Assembly (NCBI GenBank): GCA_043228905.1
Contig: JBHGNT010000011.1
Span: 17,174,001 to 17,238,000 of the forward strand
From: Azolla caroliniana
Taxonomy: Eukaryota > Plantae > Polypodiophyta
DNA: 64,000 nucleotides
Reading direction: 5' to 3'
This document shows, in pieces, positions 1 through 11,189 of the stretch. Position 1 is the stretch's first letter. Every line of letters begins with the position of its first letter. The notes beneath the pieces were generated by a model. It did no database searches and was not told the origin of the DNA. It was given only the letters and a program-made list of their open reading frames with translations. A program made the translations under genes and the position numbers.

Positions 1-368
1 CCTTGGGGGAACAGATCATAAAGGTTCCCTTCTTTCAGTATTCAGTAAAGCTAGGAAGGTCATTACTAAGGTCTATGAATGTAATGGCGCCAACAACACA
101 AAAACATTGGACTAACTGGGGTGTTTCAACGTTGTAGTTGAAAACATATTGGAGATGAATCTGGTCTTTCAAGGGGCCCTCTAAATTTATTCTTTTTAGA
201 TGGCTCTTACTGCATGTAGCATTACCAGTTGGCCAGACATTAAAAGGGAATGTAGCACATAATCTCAGGAAATGTGGATTTTGCTATGCAACGCTAGAGA
301 TTACTAATCATGCTCTTTGGTCTTGTCCCTTGGCTCAGGAAGTATGGAATAAAGTTCTTTCATTATTC

Positions 369-537
369 TGTCGAATACCTGTGTATAATGGACGTATTCA
401 CACCATCCCGTTTTGGCCATTTATGTAATTAGCATAAAGGGCAGTTGCCCTAAGTCGGTCACTATATATAGTGACCTTGTAACCTCTTTGTGAGGTTGGT
501 TGTTGTATGGTTGCTCTATGAAATAAGAAACTCTTTT

Positions 538-577
<40 letters not shown>

Positions 578-662
578 AACGACCTACATTCTGTCATACA
601 CAGGGAATAAACAGGAATCGAGTGCTTCAAGATCTTCCGCACAGACGACATTGCTTCCAACA
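369..662 (+). repeat. Copia-1 5' LTR (294 bp)
   Basis: TGTCGAATA...TTCCAACA, direct repeat of 5459-5750, with TATATA box and (CT)n tract. Confidence 0.95.
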
Positions 663-664
663 TC

Positions 665-676
665 TGGTATCAGAGC
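665..676 (+). promoter_or_regulatory. Primer-binding site, initiator tRNA-Met
   Basis: TGGTATCAGAGC, 2 nt after the LTR. Confidence 0.95.
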
Positions 677-1251
677 CTGCACAGTAGTCGGTTCTTCAAT
701 CCGCTGTCGGCCGTCGTCTCTGCATTCGGTTCCCTGCGTCATTCGAAGAAGAGAGAAGAAGAAGAAAAACCAGGTTTGCATCTCATCGCGTTAGATCATC
801 TTTGTTTGGAGTAAGCCAGCAGGTTGTACTCCGCTCCCCGTGATCGTAACCGCTCGAGGTGAAATCCCCTTGTGCAACCCTGACAACAACCCAAATTCAT
901 GCTTCATCTGGCTGATCGACATTCGGGAGGATCAGTCGGATCCGTCTCTCTCGTCGCTGCAGTCAACCGAAGCAAAATCGGTTCAGATAATCGGTTTTAA
1001 TAATCGGTTTTAATAATCGGTATTCGGTATATATATCCGAAACGAACCGGGCTCACTCCGACTCGGCAACATTCGGGAAGACCAGTCGGTTCTGTCCCTC
1101 AAGTTACCGGAGTCAATTCGAGCAAGTTCCGAAGCCGAACCGACTCGGGTTCAAATCCGACTAGAACGATATCGGGTGAGCCAACCGGCTGCACTCCAAC
1201 AAGGTTCGTAGTCAACTCCGAACCGAGCTTCGTCAACTGAAACCGAATTTG

Positions 1252-4200
1252 ATGGCATCAACATCCGGCTCGTCAGAAATGAGTCTACGAAAGTTCGATG
1301 GATCGAACTTCAACTTCTGGAAGGAACAAATGCAGGACTATCTCATAGTCAAGGGGCAGATCGATCCCATCGAAAATGAAGAACCTCCAGAAGGATTCAA
1401 ACCAATTGAGTGGCAGAAGCTGGACAGAATCGTCCGCGCCACGATTCGGATGCACCTATCGGAATCGGTATACTTTACGGTGCAATCGTGTACGACAGCA
1501 TTCGAACTGTGGAAAACGCTGTCGGACACTTACGAAAAGAAGGTCGCCGCAACAAAGATGTTTCTGATCCGGCGCCTCTACAACTTGCGGATGAAAGAAT
1601 CCGATTCGGTTCAAGCACACCTCAATGAGTACGAAAGCATAAGCTCCCAAATCTCGTCACAGGGGACGGCAATCGAGGATGAGCTCAGAGCAATGATACT
1701 CATGAGCAGCCTTCCCTCATCATGGGAAACTTTCGTCACAACTGTGTGCAACGCGTCAACCACGGCTGTTAAATACTCCGAAGTCACGAGCGCAATCCTG
1801 ACCGAAGCAGCTCGGAGAAAGTCTTTTGCCAAAGACTCAACGGACGACGCTTACGTAGTACAAGGTTCGACAGACCGATCGAACATACGAGGAAGAGATT
1901 CCTCACGACCGCCGAACAATCAGCGAAGACGGAGCCAGTCACGGGATAACCGAACCTGCAACTATTGCAAGAAACCCGGACACATCAAAGCCGACTGCCG
2001 CGCACTCAAGAACAAGAACAACAAGAAGAGTGGCCGGCATGAGGAGGTCAACTACGTCAGCTTCTCAGCTGATGTGCTACCAGACGACCTGAATATACTA
2101 TCAATCGAAAATCCAGTCGGATCAGAAGTTCTACTCACGACTGAAGAGTCGAGCACATGGCTCTTAGATTCGGGCGCGTCGTTTCACGTGACTCCTCATC
2201 GATCCCAATTTCGGCAATATACGATCCGTCACTCCGACTCAGTTCGAGTCGGTAACTCGCAACACTGCGACATCATCGGAATCGGCACAGTAGAGCTCAA
2301 CCTTGCAGGTGGCTCAACACTTGTACTCCACAATGTCCGACATGTACCCGAGCTCTCAAGGCCATTGATCTCAGTCGGACAACTAGATGAAGACGGCATT
2401 CGTGCCGGTTTTTCTTCGGGAGGGTGGACACTCCACAGGGGGAACCTCCTGCTTGCTAGAGGACCTAAAATACACTCATTGTATCCGCTACATGTTACGC
2501 TCAGAGAGGGTAACCTGTTTTTGGTGGATATTCCTGTGTCATCACTATGGCACCGAAGATTAGGACACCTCAGCAAGGCCGGCATCACGCACCTATCCAG
2601 AGCCGGGTACATCCCCAAACTCTCCTTCTCCGACCATCAATTCTGCGAGCATTGCCAGTATGGCAAACAAGTAGCCGCATCACACCCGACATCAGCACCA
2701 AAAGAAACGAGACCTCTCGATTTAGTCCATTCGGACGTCTGTGGCCCAATGCCGCATCAGTCTCTAGGCGGTGCCTCTTACTTCGTCAGTTTTATTGACG
2801 ATTCGACTCGAAAGGTGTGGGCTTATCCGATTCGCACCAAAGATCGTGTCTTCTCGATCTTCTCAGATTGGCTCGCTATGGTAGAAAATCAAACCGACCG
2901 AAAGCTGAAATGCCTTCGGACAGACAATGGGGGAGAGTTCAAATCCGATGAATTCGTCAAATTCTGCCGACAACGCGGCATCCGACGTGAATTTACGGCA
3001 CCACACAGTCCGGAGCAAAACGGGATTGCAGAACGAATGAATCGGACGATCCAAGAAAGGATAGTTTCCATGCTCCAACACTCCGGACTATCGGATGGCT
3101 TCTGGGCAGAGGCTCTACTCACGGCAGTACACATAATCAATATGTCGCCAAGTAGACCTCTAGGACTTCAAATTCCTCAGGAACTATGGATCGGCAGTAA
3201 GCCGAATTACGACAAGCTGAGGATCTTCGGATGCGAGGCGTACGCCCTTATTCCGAAAGATGATCGCCGAAAACTTGCACCTCGGTCCAGGAAATGCATT
3301 TTCCTTGGATATGGATCAGACGGCGAAATGGGATACCGACTCTGGGACCCCGAACGCAGACAAATCGTCCGAAGTTCGGACGTTGTGTTCAACGAGTCGG
3401 CTATGAACCCATCAGTCGAAAAACCAATCGAAGTCCGAAGGGTAACATTCTCCGATGTGCCGACCCTTCAAGAAGGCCCCGCTCTCAACACACGGTCAGC
3501 TTCACGGGTAGCTGAACCTTATACTACCGACTCGGACAACTCTGACTCGGCACAGCCGAATGTTTCGGTTTCGGACCATCCGACCTCGATACCCGATGCG
3601 ACCAGTCCAATCATACCTCGACGATCCGAGAGACTGTCGCAACCTCCGGAGAGGTATTCTCCTGGAATTTTCTTCACCGACGCCGGCGAACCGACGTCTT
3701 ACGAAGAAGCATCGACATCTGTCGATTCGGCCACCTGGCATCTGGCGATGGAGTCGGAAATGCACTCCATCCGTGCAAACAAGACTTGGGATCTGGTCGA
3801 ATTACCTAGGAACCGACGTGCTCTTCCTTGCAAGTGGGTTTATCGACTAAAAGAGACGTCTGATTCGACCACCCCAAAGTACAAGGCCAGATTAGTTGCG
3901 AAGGGCTTCCGACAAGAATATGGCGTCGACTTCGACGAGATTTTTTCACCAGTGGTGAAAATGACAACCCTTCGTTTTCTGCTCGGCGTCGTGGCAGCCG
4001 ACAACTTGGAGCTGATTCAGCTAGATGTCCAAACAGCCTTCCTCCATGGTGATCTCGAGGAGGAAATTTATATGGAGCAGCCAAAAGGCTTCGTGGCAAC
4101 TGGCCAAGAACATCTAGTCTGCCGACTCAGGAAGAGTCTATACGGCCTCAAACAGGCACCGCGACAATGGTACAAGAAGTTCGACGACTTCATCCAATCG

Positions 4201-5265
4201 ATCGGCTTCTCCAAAAGCGATGAGGACCATTGTCTCTTCACCAACACAGCTCAAGATGGATCACCCATCTTCCTCATCATTTACGTGGACGACATGCTAA
4301 TTTCTGGACGCCACGCGGGCGAACTTGCCGATCTCGTTCGGCAACTGCGGTTGAAGTTTGCCATGAAGGACCTCGGTCCGGCACGACACATCCTTGGCAT
4401 GAAGATTAGTCGGCATCGCAATACACGACATCTTTTTTTGTCTCAGACCGACTATATCGGACGTGTCTTGGAACGCTTCAACATGCAATCAGCCAAATCT
4501 GCTTCAACCCCACTCCCTATGAATCTTCGGCTCTCTCAGCGAGACTGCCCGACATCCGGTTCGGAGGGGGAAGATATGAAGTCGGTACCGTATGCACCGG
4601 CAGTCGGCTCCCTTATGTACCTGATGGTCGCGACACGGCCTGACATCTCTCATGCCGTAGGAGTCGTTAGCAGATTTATGCACAATCCTGGCCGATCGCA
4701 TTGGAACGCAGTCAAGCATGTGTTCAGATATCTGGCTGGCACAAAAGATCACGGCATTCTTTTCGGTCCGAACCGAACCTCAGGCGTAGTCGGTTACACC
4801 GACTCGGACTTCGCCGGCTGTATAGACAGTCGGAAATCAACAACCGGATACTGCTTCAAATTCGGCAATGGAGCAATCTCGTGGAAGTCGAAACTTCAGG
4901 AGTGCACAACGACCTCAACGACCGAAGCAGAATATGTAGCTGCGTCCGACGCAGCAAAAGAAGCTTTGTGGCTCGGTCGGCTGGCGCACACGTTTCGACA
5001 AGTCGAACATGACTCGGCTCCAGTTGTCTACAGCGACAGTCAAGGTGCTGTTGCCTTGTCGAAAAATCCGGTTCACCACAACGCCTCCAAACATATCGAC
5101 GTTCGATATCACTTCGTTCGGGACTGCGTCATTTCAGGGAAAATCGGTCTAGAGAAAATATCCACAACCGACAATGTCGCAGATGGAATGACCAAGTGTC
5201 TTTCGGCAGACCGTTTTCGGTCTCTTCGGCATCAGATGGGCGTAACGACAAACCAGTCCGGTTAG
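1252..5265 (+). CDS. Copia-1 Gag-Pol polyprotein (gag, CCHC knuckle, protease, integrase, RT, RNase H)
   Basis: Uninterrupted ~1337 aa ORF: CNYCKKPGHIKADC, WLLDSGAS, WHRRLGH..CEHC, HSDVCGP..TDNGGEF, YKARLVAKG, IYVDDML, GYTDSD, SKHIDVRYHF. Confidence 0.97.
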   Translation: MASTSGSSEMSLRKFDGSNFNFWKEQMQDYLIVKGQIDPIENEEPPEGFKPIEWQKLDRIVRATIRMHLSESVYFTVQSCTTAFELWKTLSDTYEKKVAATKMFLIRRLYNLRMKESDSVQAHLNEYESISSQISSQGTAIEDELRAMILMSSLPSSWETFVTTVCNASTTAVKYSEVTSAILTEAARRKSFAKDSTDDAYVVQGSTDRSNIRGRDSSRPPNNQRRRSQSRDNRTCNYCKKPGHIKADCRALKNKNNKKSGRHEEVNYVSFSADVLPDDLNILSIENPVGSEVLLTTEESSTWLLDSGASFHVTPHRSQFRQYTIRHSDSVRVGNSQHCDIIGIGTVELNLAGGSTLVLHNVRHVPELSRPLISVGQLDEDGIRAGFSSGGWTLHRGNLLLARGPKIHSLYPLHVTLREGNLFLVDIPVSSLWHRRLGHLSKAGITHLSRAGYIPKLSFSDHQFCEHCQYGKQVAASHPTSAPKETRPLDLVHSDVCGPMPHQSLGGASYFVSFIDDSTRKVWAYPIRTKDRVFSIFSDWLAMVENQTDRKLKCLRTDNGGEFKSDEFVKFCRQRGIRREFTAPHSPEQNGIAERMNRTIQERIVSMLQHSGLSDGFWAEALLTAVHIINMSPSRPLGLQIPQELWIGSKPNYDKLRIFGCEAYALIPKDDRRKLAPRSRKCIFLGYGSDGEMGYRLWDPERRQIVRSSDVVFNESAMNPSVEKPIEVRRVTFSDVPTLQEGPALNTRSASRVAEPYTTDSDNSDSAQPNVSVSDHPTSIPDATSPIIPRRSERLSQPPERYSPGIFFTDAGEPTSYEEASTSVDSATWHLAMESEMHSIRANKTWDLVELPRNRRALPCKWVYRLKETSDSTTPKYKARLVAKGFRQEYGVDFDEIFSPVVKMTTLRFLLGVVAADNLELIQLDVQTAFLHGDLEEEIYMEQPKGFVATGQEHLVCRLRKSLYGLKQAPRQWYKKFDDFIQSIGFSKSDEDHCLFTNTAQDGSPIFLIIYVDDMLISGRHAGELADLVRQLRLKFAMKDLGPARHILGMKISRHRNTRHLFLSQTDYIGRVLERFNMQSAKSASTPLPMNLRLSQRDCPTSGSEGEDMKSVPYAPAVGSLMYLMVATRPDISHAVGVVSRFMHNPGRSHWNAVKHVFRYLAGTKDHGILFGPNRTSGVVGYTDSDFAGCIDSRKSTTGYCFKFGNGAISWKSKLQECTTTSTTEAEYVAASDAAKEALWLGRLAHTFRQVEHDSAPVVYSDSQGAVALSKNPVHHNASKHIDVRYHFVRDCVISGKIGLEKISTTDNVADGMTKCLSADRFRSLRHQMGVTTNQSG

Positions 5266-5458
5266 AGCCGGACACAGAGCAGGATGGTTCCCGACAACCG
5301 ACATCAGTTCCTTAATGATCGGCTTCAACTGTTCCGACCCGACCAGTTCGGTCTTCTGCCTTCGGACCCTGCCGACTCGAACAAAGCTGATATGTCCGAG
5401 AACCTAAGTCTATACCTGTAACCTTAGATAACCCATGTATACGCCCATTACGGGGGAG

Positions 5459-5627
5459 TGTCGAATACCTGTGTATAATGGACGTATTCACACCATCCCG
5501 TTTTGGCCATTTATGTAATTAGCATAAAGGGCAGTTGCCCTAAGTCGGTCACTATATATAGTGACCTTGTAACCTCTTTGTGAGGTTGGTTGTTGTATGG
5601 TTGCTCTATGAAATAAGAAACTCTTTT

Positions 5628-5665
<38 letters not shown>

Positions 5666-5750
5666 AACGACCTACATTCTGTCATACACAGGGAATAAAC
5701 AGGAATCGAGTGCTTCAAGATCTTCCGCACAGACGACATTGCTTCCAACA
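5459..5750 (+). repeat. Copia-1 3' LTR (292 bp)
   Basis: Direct repeat of 369-662, follows the PPT. Confidence 0.95.
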
Positions 5751-6699
5751 ATTCCTAACAGTGAATGTTGGTTGTTTGTTCTCATCGGGAGTAGCGATGT
5801 GGGGAATTTCACACTCCAGCTTGATGTTGTATGAGGCATATGATATACAAGAGGCCATGACGGTACATAACAGAAGATTGATATCAGTTAGTCCGTTTCA
5901 ACAACCTCGAAAGCAGGTGCAATTTGTTTAGATTTGGAAAACTGTGACTAAGATAACATTATGGGTATTATGGAAATGTAGATGCAGTTGACTTTACGAT
6001 GCCGCAAAGCTTGGTCTTCCAGAGGTATTGCTTGAGATATGGGAAACATTGTTGACAGTAGTTCGTGGGCAATATGATAACATGTGCGGTTCTCCAGAAA
6101 ATATTCATAAAAGAAGGATGAAGGTTCTTCACTTATGGAGGAAGGTGCCTCTCTTTGTAGTGACAAATCAAAGACCTCAATGGAATTATCATCTTCCATG
6201 GACCCTTTCTTGATACAAAACCAACATGCTAATGTACCGTTTAAGGTTCAAAAGCCTTGTATAAGTTGTTTTTGTATGTACAGGATTAGGTGTACATACA
6301 TTACGTTGTAAGCCTACGGGCAGATAACTTTTACTTGTATTTTTTCAATATTTTTAATACTATTGAAGAAAATCTTTCAAGGAAAAAAGAAGAAGGTTGA
6401 ACCATTTGTACATGAGGAGGAACTATGTGAAAGGCTTCCAATATATCCTCCTTTTCGTACAACAACAATTGTCCCTGTAGAATGCCCCACCTAACAACAC
6501 CCCCAAGTGATCACACAATTAGCATGTATCAATACCAAGAGCCTTAAAACTCTCTTACATACTTGCGTAATTTTAGGACAAGAACACAACACATGCTTGA
6601 TTGATTTCGACATACAACCACAACCATATCCACATGACTTAGAATGTATTTGTCGTAACTAGGCCCAAACCGGTAATGCATAATGCATCAATAACTAGC

Positions 6700-7140
6700 G
6701 AAACAATACTATCTATCTAGGAATCGGCATACTCCATAACCACTTCCAATATTTTGATGCATCCATTAAAGGGGCCCCATTTGCCAACCACATTGTCATA
6801 TCGGATGGCGGATGCAATTTCTTACTTAAGAACAACTTCTGTCCCAACTTCATAGAATATTGAAAAAACTGAATACATTTAGTTTGAGACAAAGAATGTG
6901 GATGTTTCCAAAGATAATATGATGGATCCCAATGTGAGTCCAACAACGGTTTTTTTGAGTATTTCTGATTTCATCATTACCAAGGTTATTTGTTTGGTTA
7001 AGGAGCATCTCAATTTTAGAATAAACCAATTTGTGCTCTTCCCTTCACCTAGGATCTGGCTCCACTGCATCCTTCCCCACTATGGGCAACCAAAGCTAGT
7101 TACCCACGTGGCAAACCCTCCTTCGCAACGCATGAGGTAA
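6700..7140 (-). pseudogene. Degenerate L1 LINE ORF2 fragment (pre-zf-RVT)
   Basis: HWDPSYY..QFFQYSMKLG..YWKWLWSMPIP, paralogous to the 8189-8600 and 19260-19500 LINE segments. Confidence 0.6.
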
Positions 7141-7228
7141 TGAGAGTCTTGAATCATATATTAAAATCCCTCCTTTAAAACAATGAAAAACAATAATTGT
7201 GAATCAATAAGACACAAGTCTTATTTAA

Positions 7229-7286
<58 letters not shown>
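7229..7286. repeat. (GT)n(GA)n compound microsatellite
   Basis: Direct reading. Confidence 0.95.
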
Positions 7287-7289
<3 letters not shown>

Positions 7290-7499
7290 TAAGACAAGTA
7301 TTTGTCAATAATCAATTGAACAAATTTAATCAATACAACTATAAATTTTTTTTAAAAGAAAGATACACCTTATTATATTACTTGAGAAATGTACATATAG
7401 AAAACAGAAGGAGACATTTCATCTCACATGTATGTGATACAAAGGCTAATACCAACATCTAATCAAACATATGATATCATATAAGAAACAAGTGGAGCA

Positions 7500-8600
7500 C
7501 AAACTACAAGCTATGCAACAAAAAAGAAGGTATGGCATAATTCTACCTCAGACCAAAAGTTGTCTCTGAAAATAAGTGAAGCCCTTGCCATCGTTTCTTA
7601 AAGTCCACTTGACGTTGCCATAGAACATCATGTCGAGAATTGTGACCGGCCACAACCGGCTTCTCATTCGGATGTTCGGGTGTAAGGAATGTAAAACAGA
7701 ATGCACTCAGACAAGTACGAATACAGAAATAACACAAGAGACAGAAACACACGATTTTAGCGTGGAAACCTGAAATGGGAAAAAACCACGGGGGTCCATA
7801 AACCCTGAGAAACAGAATCACTATGCTAAAAGGAGGAGTACAACTAGAAGCTCTGAGGCAACGAGATTCAACTTCGTCAACAGACAGCTATAGAGTTACA
7901 CACGCTCTCACTCTCACTCACTTACTATTACACAGTTACAAAGACAACGACCTTCTAAGTCACCCTTTTAACAACAACACACACCTTGTAATAATACTAT
8001 GATTGCCCTAAGTACTTATACTAGTACACCTTTCGGGTTATTTACAAGTGTAGGCCATAAGGGCATATTTAGACTATTTACAAGTATAGTCTTCTGAGTT
8101 GGCTGTCTACACGATTTTGGATTCGGCCTCGGCCGAGTTTCTCATCAACTCGGCTCTTCTCTTCCCATCCGGAGGGACCTGTTGTACAAATGCAACATAG
8201 ATTTCATAGATGTGCCACAATGCATTCCACAAGCATATGGCTGATTTTGCCTCAACCAATCACCAACCGGAAGAGCATAATGCATCAACAACCAACGAAA
8301 ACAAATCACTTTTTCCGGCAATTGCATACTCCACAACCATTTCCAAAATTTGGTAACTTGCAATGCATTCACATTATTTGCAATCCAATGCTTCATTGCA
8401 GTAGGGCATTTATACTTTGATTGCAACAATAAATTTCTACCTAGCTTAACCGAATATTGGAAAAACTCCAAATGTTTACCATTTCCACCAGCACTCAACT
8501 TTTTCCTTTGATAATCAGCTGGATCCCAGTCCAAATTGTAAAGCGGCTTTCTTTGAAAAACCCACAATGAACCCACAATACTACTATACTTCAAAACCAT
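7500..8600 (-). pseudogene. LINE 3' fragment (same family as 12804-23330), interrupted by a copia LTR
   Basis: 7513-7630 matches 12806-12923, and 8189-8580 matches 19135-19515. zf-RVT motif KVICFRWLLMHYALPVG..CGMHC. Confidence 0.75.
7631..8188 (-). mobile_element. Solo/truncated copia LTR related to Copia-2/3 LTRs
   Basis: Minus strand carries GTCCCTCCGGATGGGA near the start, CTTAGGGCA, CCCGTGGTTTTT and a GGTTGTGGCC..TCGACA end, as in 24576-25336. No matching TSD. Confidence 0.8.
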
Positions 8601-9210
8601 TAGTTAAATTCTCTTGATGGAAACAATCATTTTATTAATCAACATAGAGCACGATCAATCATGCTTATTGATGCTCGAAGGTATGCCTTTTATGATGGAA
8701 GACATAATCTCAATCTTCTCATATGGGTGATTAAAAACCCATCAACAACTGAGGCAACACCACTATGTGCTCTCTAATCACCTTGAGAATATGAATGCAA
8801 TGCCCCAACTTCACCTACACTTATTCTTTCCTAATGATTGTGTCTGTGTAACTCTTCATTATCTCCAATATGAGGTCCTTGGCGTGTGTAATCTCTTTCA
8901 TCAAAATACATTGGGAGCTCATGGGTATTCTCAAGAACACAAGGGGAACACCTCTTGTCAAAATGTAGTGATCAAACAACCAACGTATGCATCAATTTGT
9001 AATCATGTGCTAAGGATAATTTTCTAGTGTCTACCCCTACTTGAGTGATCCACTTCCAAGGAGAAAGAATGCACCTTAGCAAATTTTGGTGAAAATTTTG
9101 CAACTAAATTGTGACTCAAACCAAAAAGCCTAGCTAGTCATCTTATCAGCGTAAACTTGGACATGTAAGAACCAATTATGATGATGAAAATAAACATATT
9201 GTCAAAAACC

Positions 9211-9571
9211 TGTCAAATACGGACTCATAATGGACATATTCACACTGTCCCACTTGGACATACTAGGTTTAGGATATATTTGTAAATATGTCAAAGGGCA
9301 ATTGCCCTAGCCCAGTTGGTATATAATTGGCTCTATAACCTAGTTTAGTTGTTGTTGCCATTGTAACTCTGCGATAATAATACAATTACTCTTGTGTGCC
9401 TATCGGTGTCTCTCTCTCTCTCATACTTTGTATCTTTGATCTTGATCTTTACTAAGTTGTCTCTGTTTTTGATATGCTCATTCGATTCTTTCATCGTCAA
9501 CTTGGTGTTCTTCATCACATGGTGTTGTTCTGGTTTCTGCACTAACGACCTGGTCTCCAACACCTCCAACA
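9211..9571 (+). mobile_element. Degenerate LTR related to Copia-1
   Basis: TGTCAAATAC..ATAATGGACATATTCACAC..AAGGGCAATTGCCCTA..(CT)n resembles 369-560. The 3' boundary is uncertain. Confidence 0.55.
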
Positions 9572-11189
9572 CTCCATAATGAAATTCCCGTGCCCTTCGA
9601 GCATGGGAGATCTTATAAATTGGTAGTTTGGATCTTTTAAGTTGTGTCGCCATTAAATGTTTTACAATATCACGTATATCTAAAAGTTATGGCATGTCAC
9701 TGTAGTATATATAAACATGTTGCACTAAAGACATATGAAGATGTTGTTACTAATATCATTAGTTTGTGTCATGTTACAATAACAATAATCACATATATGC
9801 CTTCTTTGTATTGTCAATTAAAAAAAATTCAAGTTCTCCTTGGGGTTGCCCATTCATCCTTTTTTATATGCAAACATCATAAAGAAGGAACATGGGTTTC
9901 CAAGATCGAGAACATAGTGTATAATTCTTGGTTCATGATTAGGATTCGTGTTAATCTTATGGGCATGAGAAATAACTTATGTATAGATTCATCTTTTTGC
10001 TTGGCATATGGAATACATATGCCCATTATTCTACCTCTTTAGAAAAACCTTTTTGTGGGAGCCTAATCACTTGACATTGACTACTTTGTTGACTTCCTAA
10101 TTCAGACAAGATTTTTGCCATTGGTACTCTTTGCTAGGCATGACCATTTTGGTATTTTATGTGCTTTATGGGATGTGTACAACGAAAGAGAGTTTTGGAA
10201 TCTAAACATGGTTGTTTCCATTTGGTGAAAGTTGCAACAAAAGAAGGATACGAGGGTATCAGTACATGTGATAATCCTTTGGTGTTTGTCGAATAAATGT
10301 ACACTTTTCTCAATATGTTTCCTTTCTTGTTTGATACAAAACTTGCGCTTCTTGTTTTATTTTTATGCTCCTACATATTTTGCATTGATATATGTATGGG
10401 TTGATCGCAATGCATGTTAGGGTATCTTTGCATGTGACCTATATCTTGTATTTGTTGAAGAAATGTATTGCCTTCGGACTATGTTTCCTTTCTTGCTTTT
10501 TATAATCGCTTGTCATTACTTGGAAATATACTGATAAATGTTTTTGTAATATTTGGTTGTGTTTATATGGCTTGTTTGAGCATCCTTGTTGCTAGATAGA
10601 AAATATCATGGTTTATAATACATATACTTTTGTACTTCAACTTTATCATTTAAACAAGATATTAGTCTATCATTGTGATCATTTTGATGTATTGAAGAAA
10701 TGTTTATTGTTTGGCATGTGGATTGATAAAAAACGTTTTTCCTTACACAAGGGTTGTTAGCATGCTACAAGGATAAACCATTGATTACACTACTATCTTA
10801 AAATATACTTTGTGAGACCTTTTTGTATTCAATAACTCAATGATGAAAGCGACATTAGATAATTATTGCATGCAATCGCTCCTTTGCATTGTTAAATTGA
10901 GATTCTTGTTTGACGTATGAATTGTTAGAAAGGTTTCATATGATAATTCTATAATTTTCCAACCCTCAAGTTGGGGAAAGTTGATTACTAGTTGATTACA
11001 CAACATCTTTCTTTGTTCTTTTCACAAATACCTAGATGATGATGCCTTTAATTCAATATTTAAAGTATACCATAGCATGGTATACATCAAATGCATATAT
11101 TCAAAAAATATTTAGTTGAGATTACATTCTTATTAGTAATTACATTGAGATTTACTCCCTTTGCACCATATCATACTTTTGTTGCAAAC

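Larger units (their letters stand above)
369..5750 (+). mobile_element. Copia-1: intact Ty1/copia LTR retrotransposon (Tnt1/Tork-like), 4-bp TSD ATTC
   Basis: TG..CA LTRs at 369-662 and 5459-5750, identical by eye except (CT)n length. PBS TGGTATCAGAGC at 665-676, PPT GGGGGAG before 5459, ATTC at 365-368 and 5751-5754. Confidence 0.97.
1..6230 (+). pseudogene. Degenerate L1-type LINE ORF2 3' end (zf-RVT region), split by Copia-1 (segments 1-368 and 5751-~6230)
   Basis: Reads WSFKGPSKFILFRWLLLHVALPVG...CGFC...NHALWSCPLAQEVWNKVLSLF|LTVNVG...LWVLWKCR. The frame is continuous once Copia-1 and one ATTC are removed. Contains internal stops. Confidence 0.75.

Noticed and set aside
421-781. Short ORFs with ERERER/SLSLSL runs (also 5488-5931, 7232-7462, 63210-63728)
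   Set aside because: Translations of (CT)/(GA) microsatellites.
9600-10990. Possible highly decayed copia interior after the 9211 LTR
   Set aside because: No convincing motif or PBS could be read. It needs an HMM or tBLASTn search.
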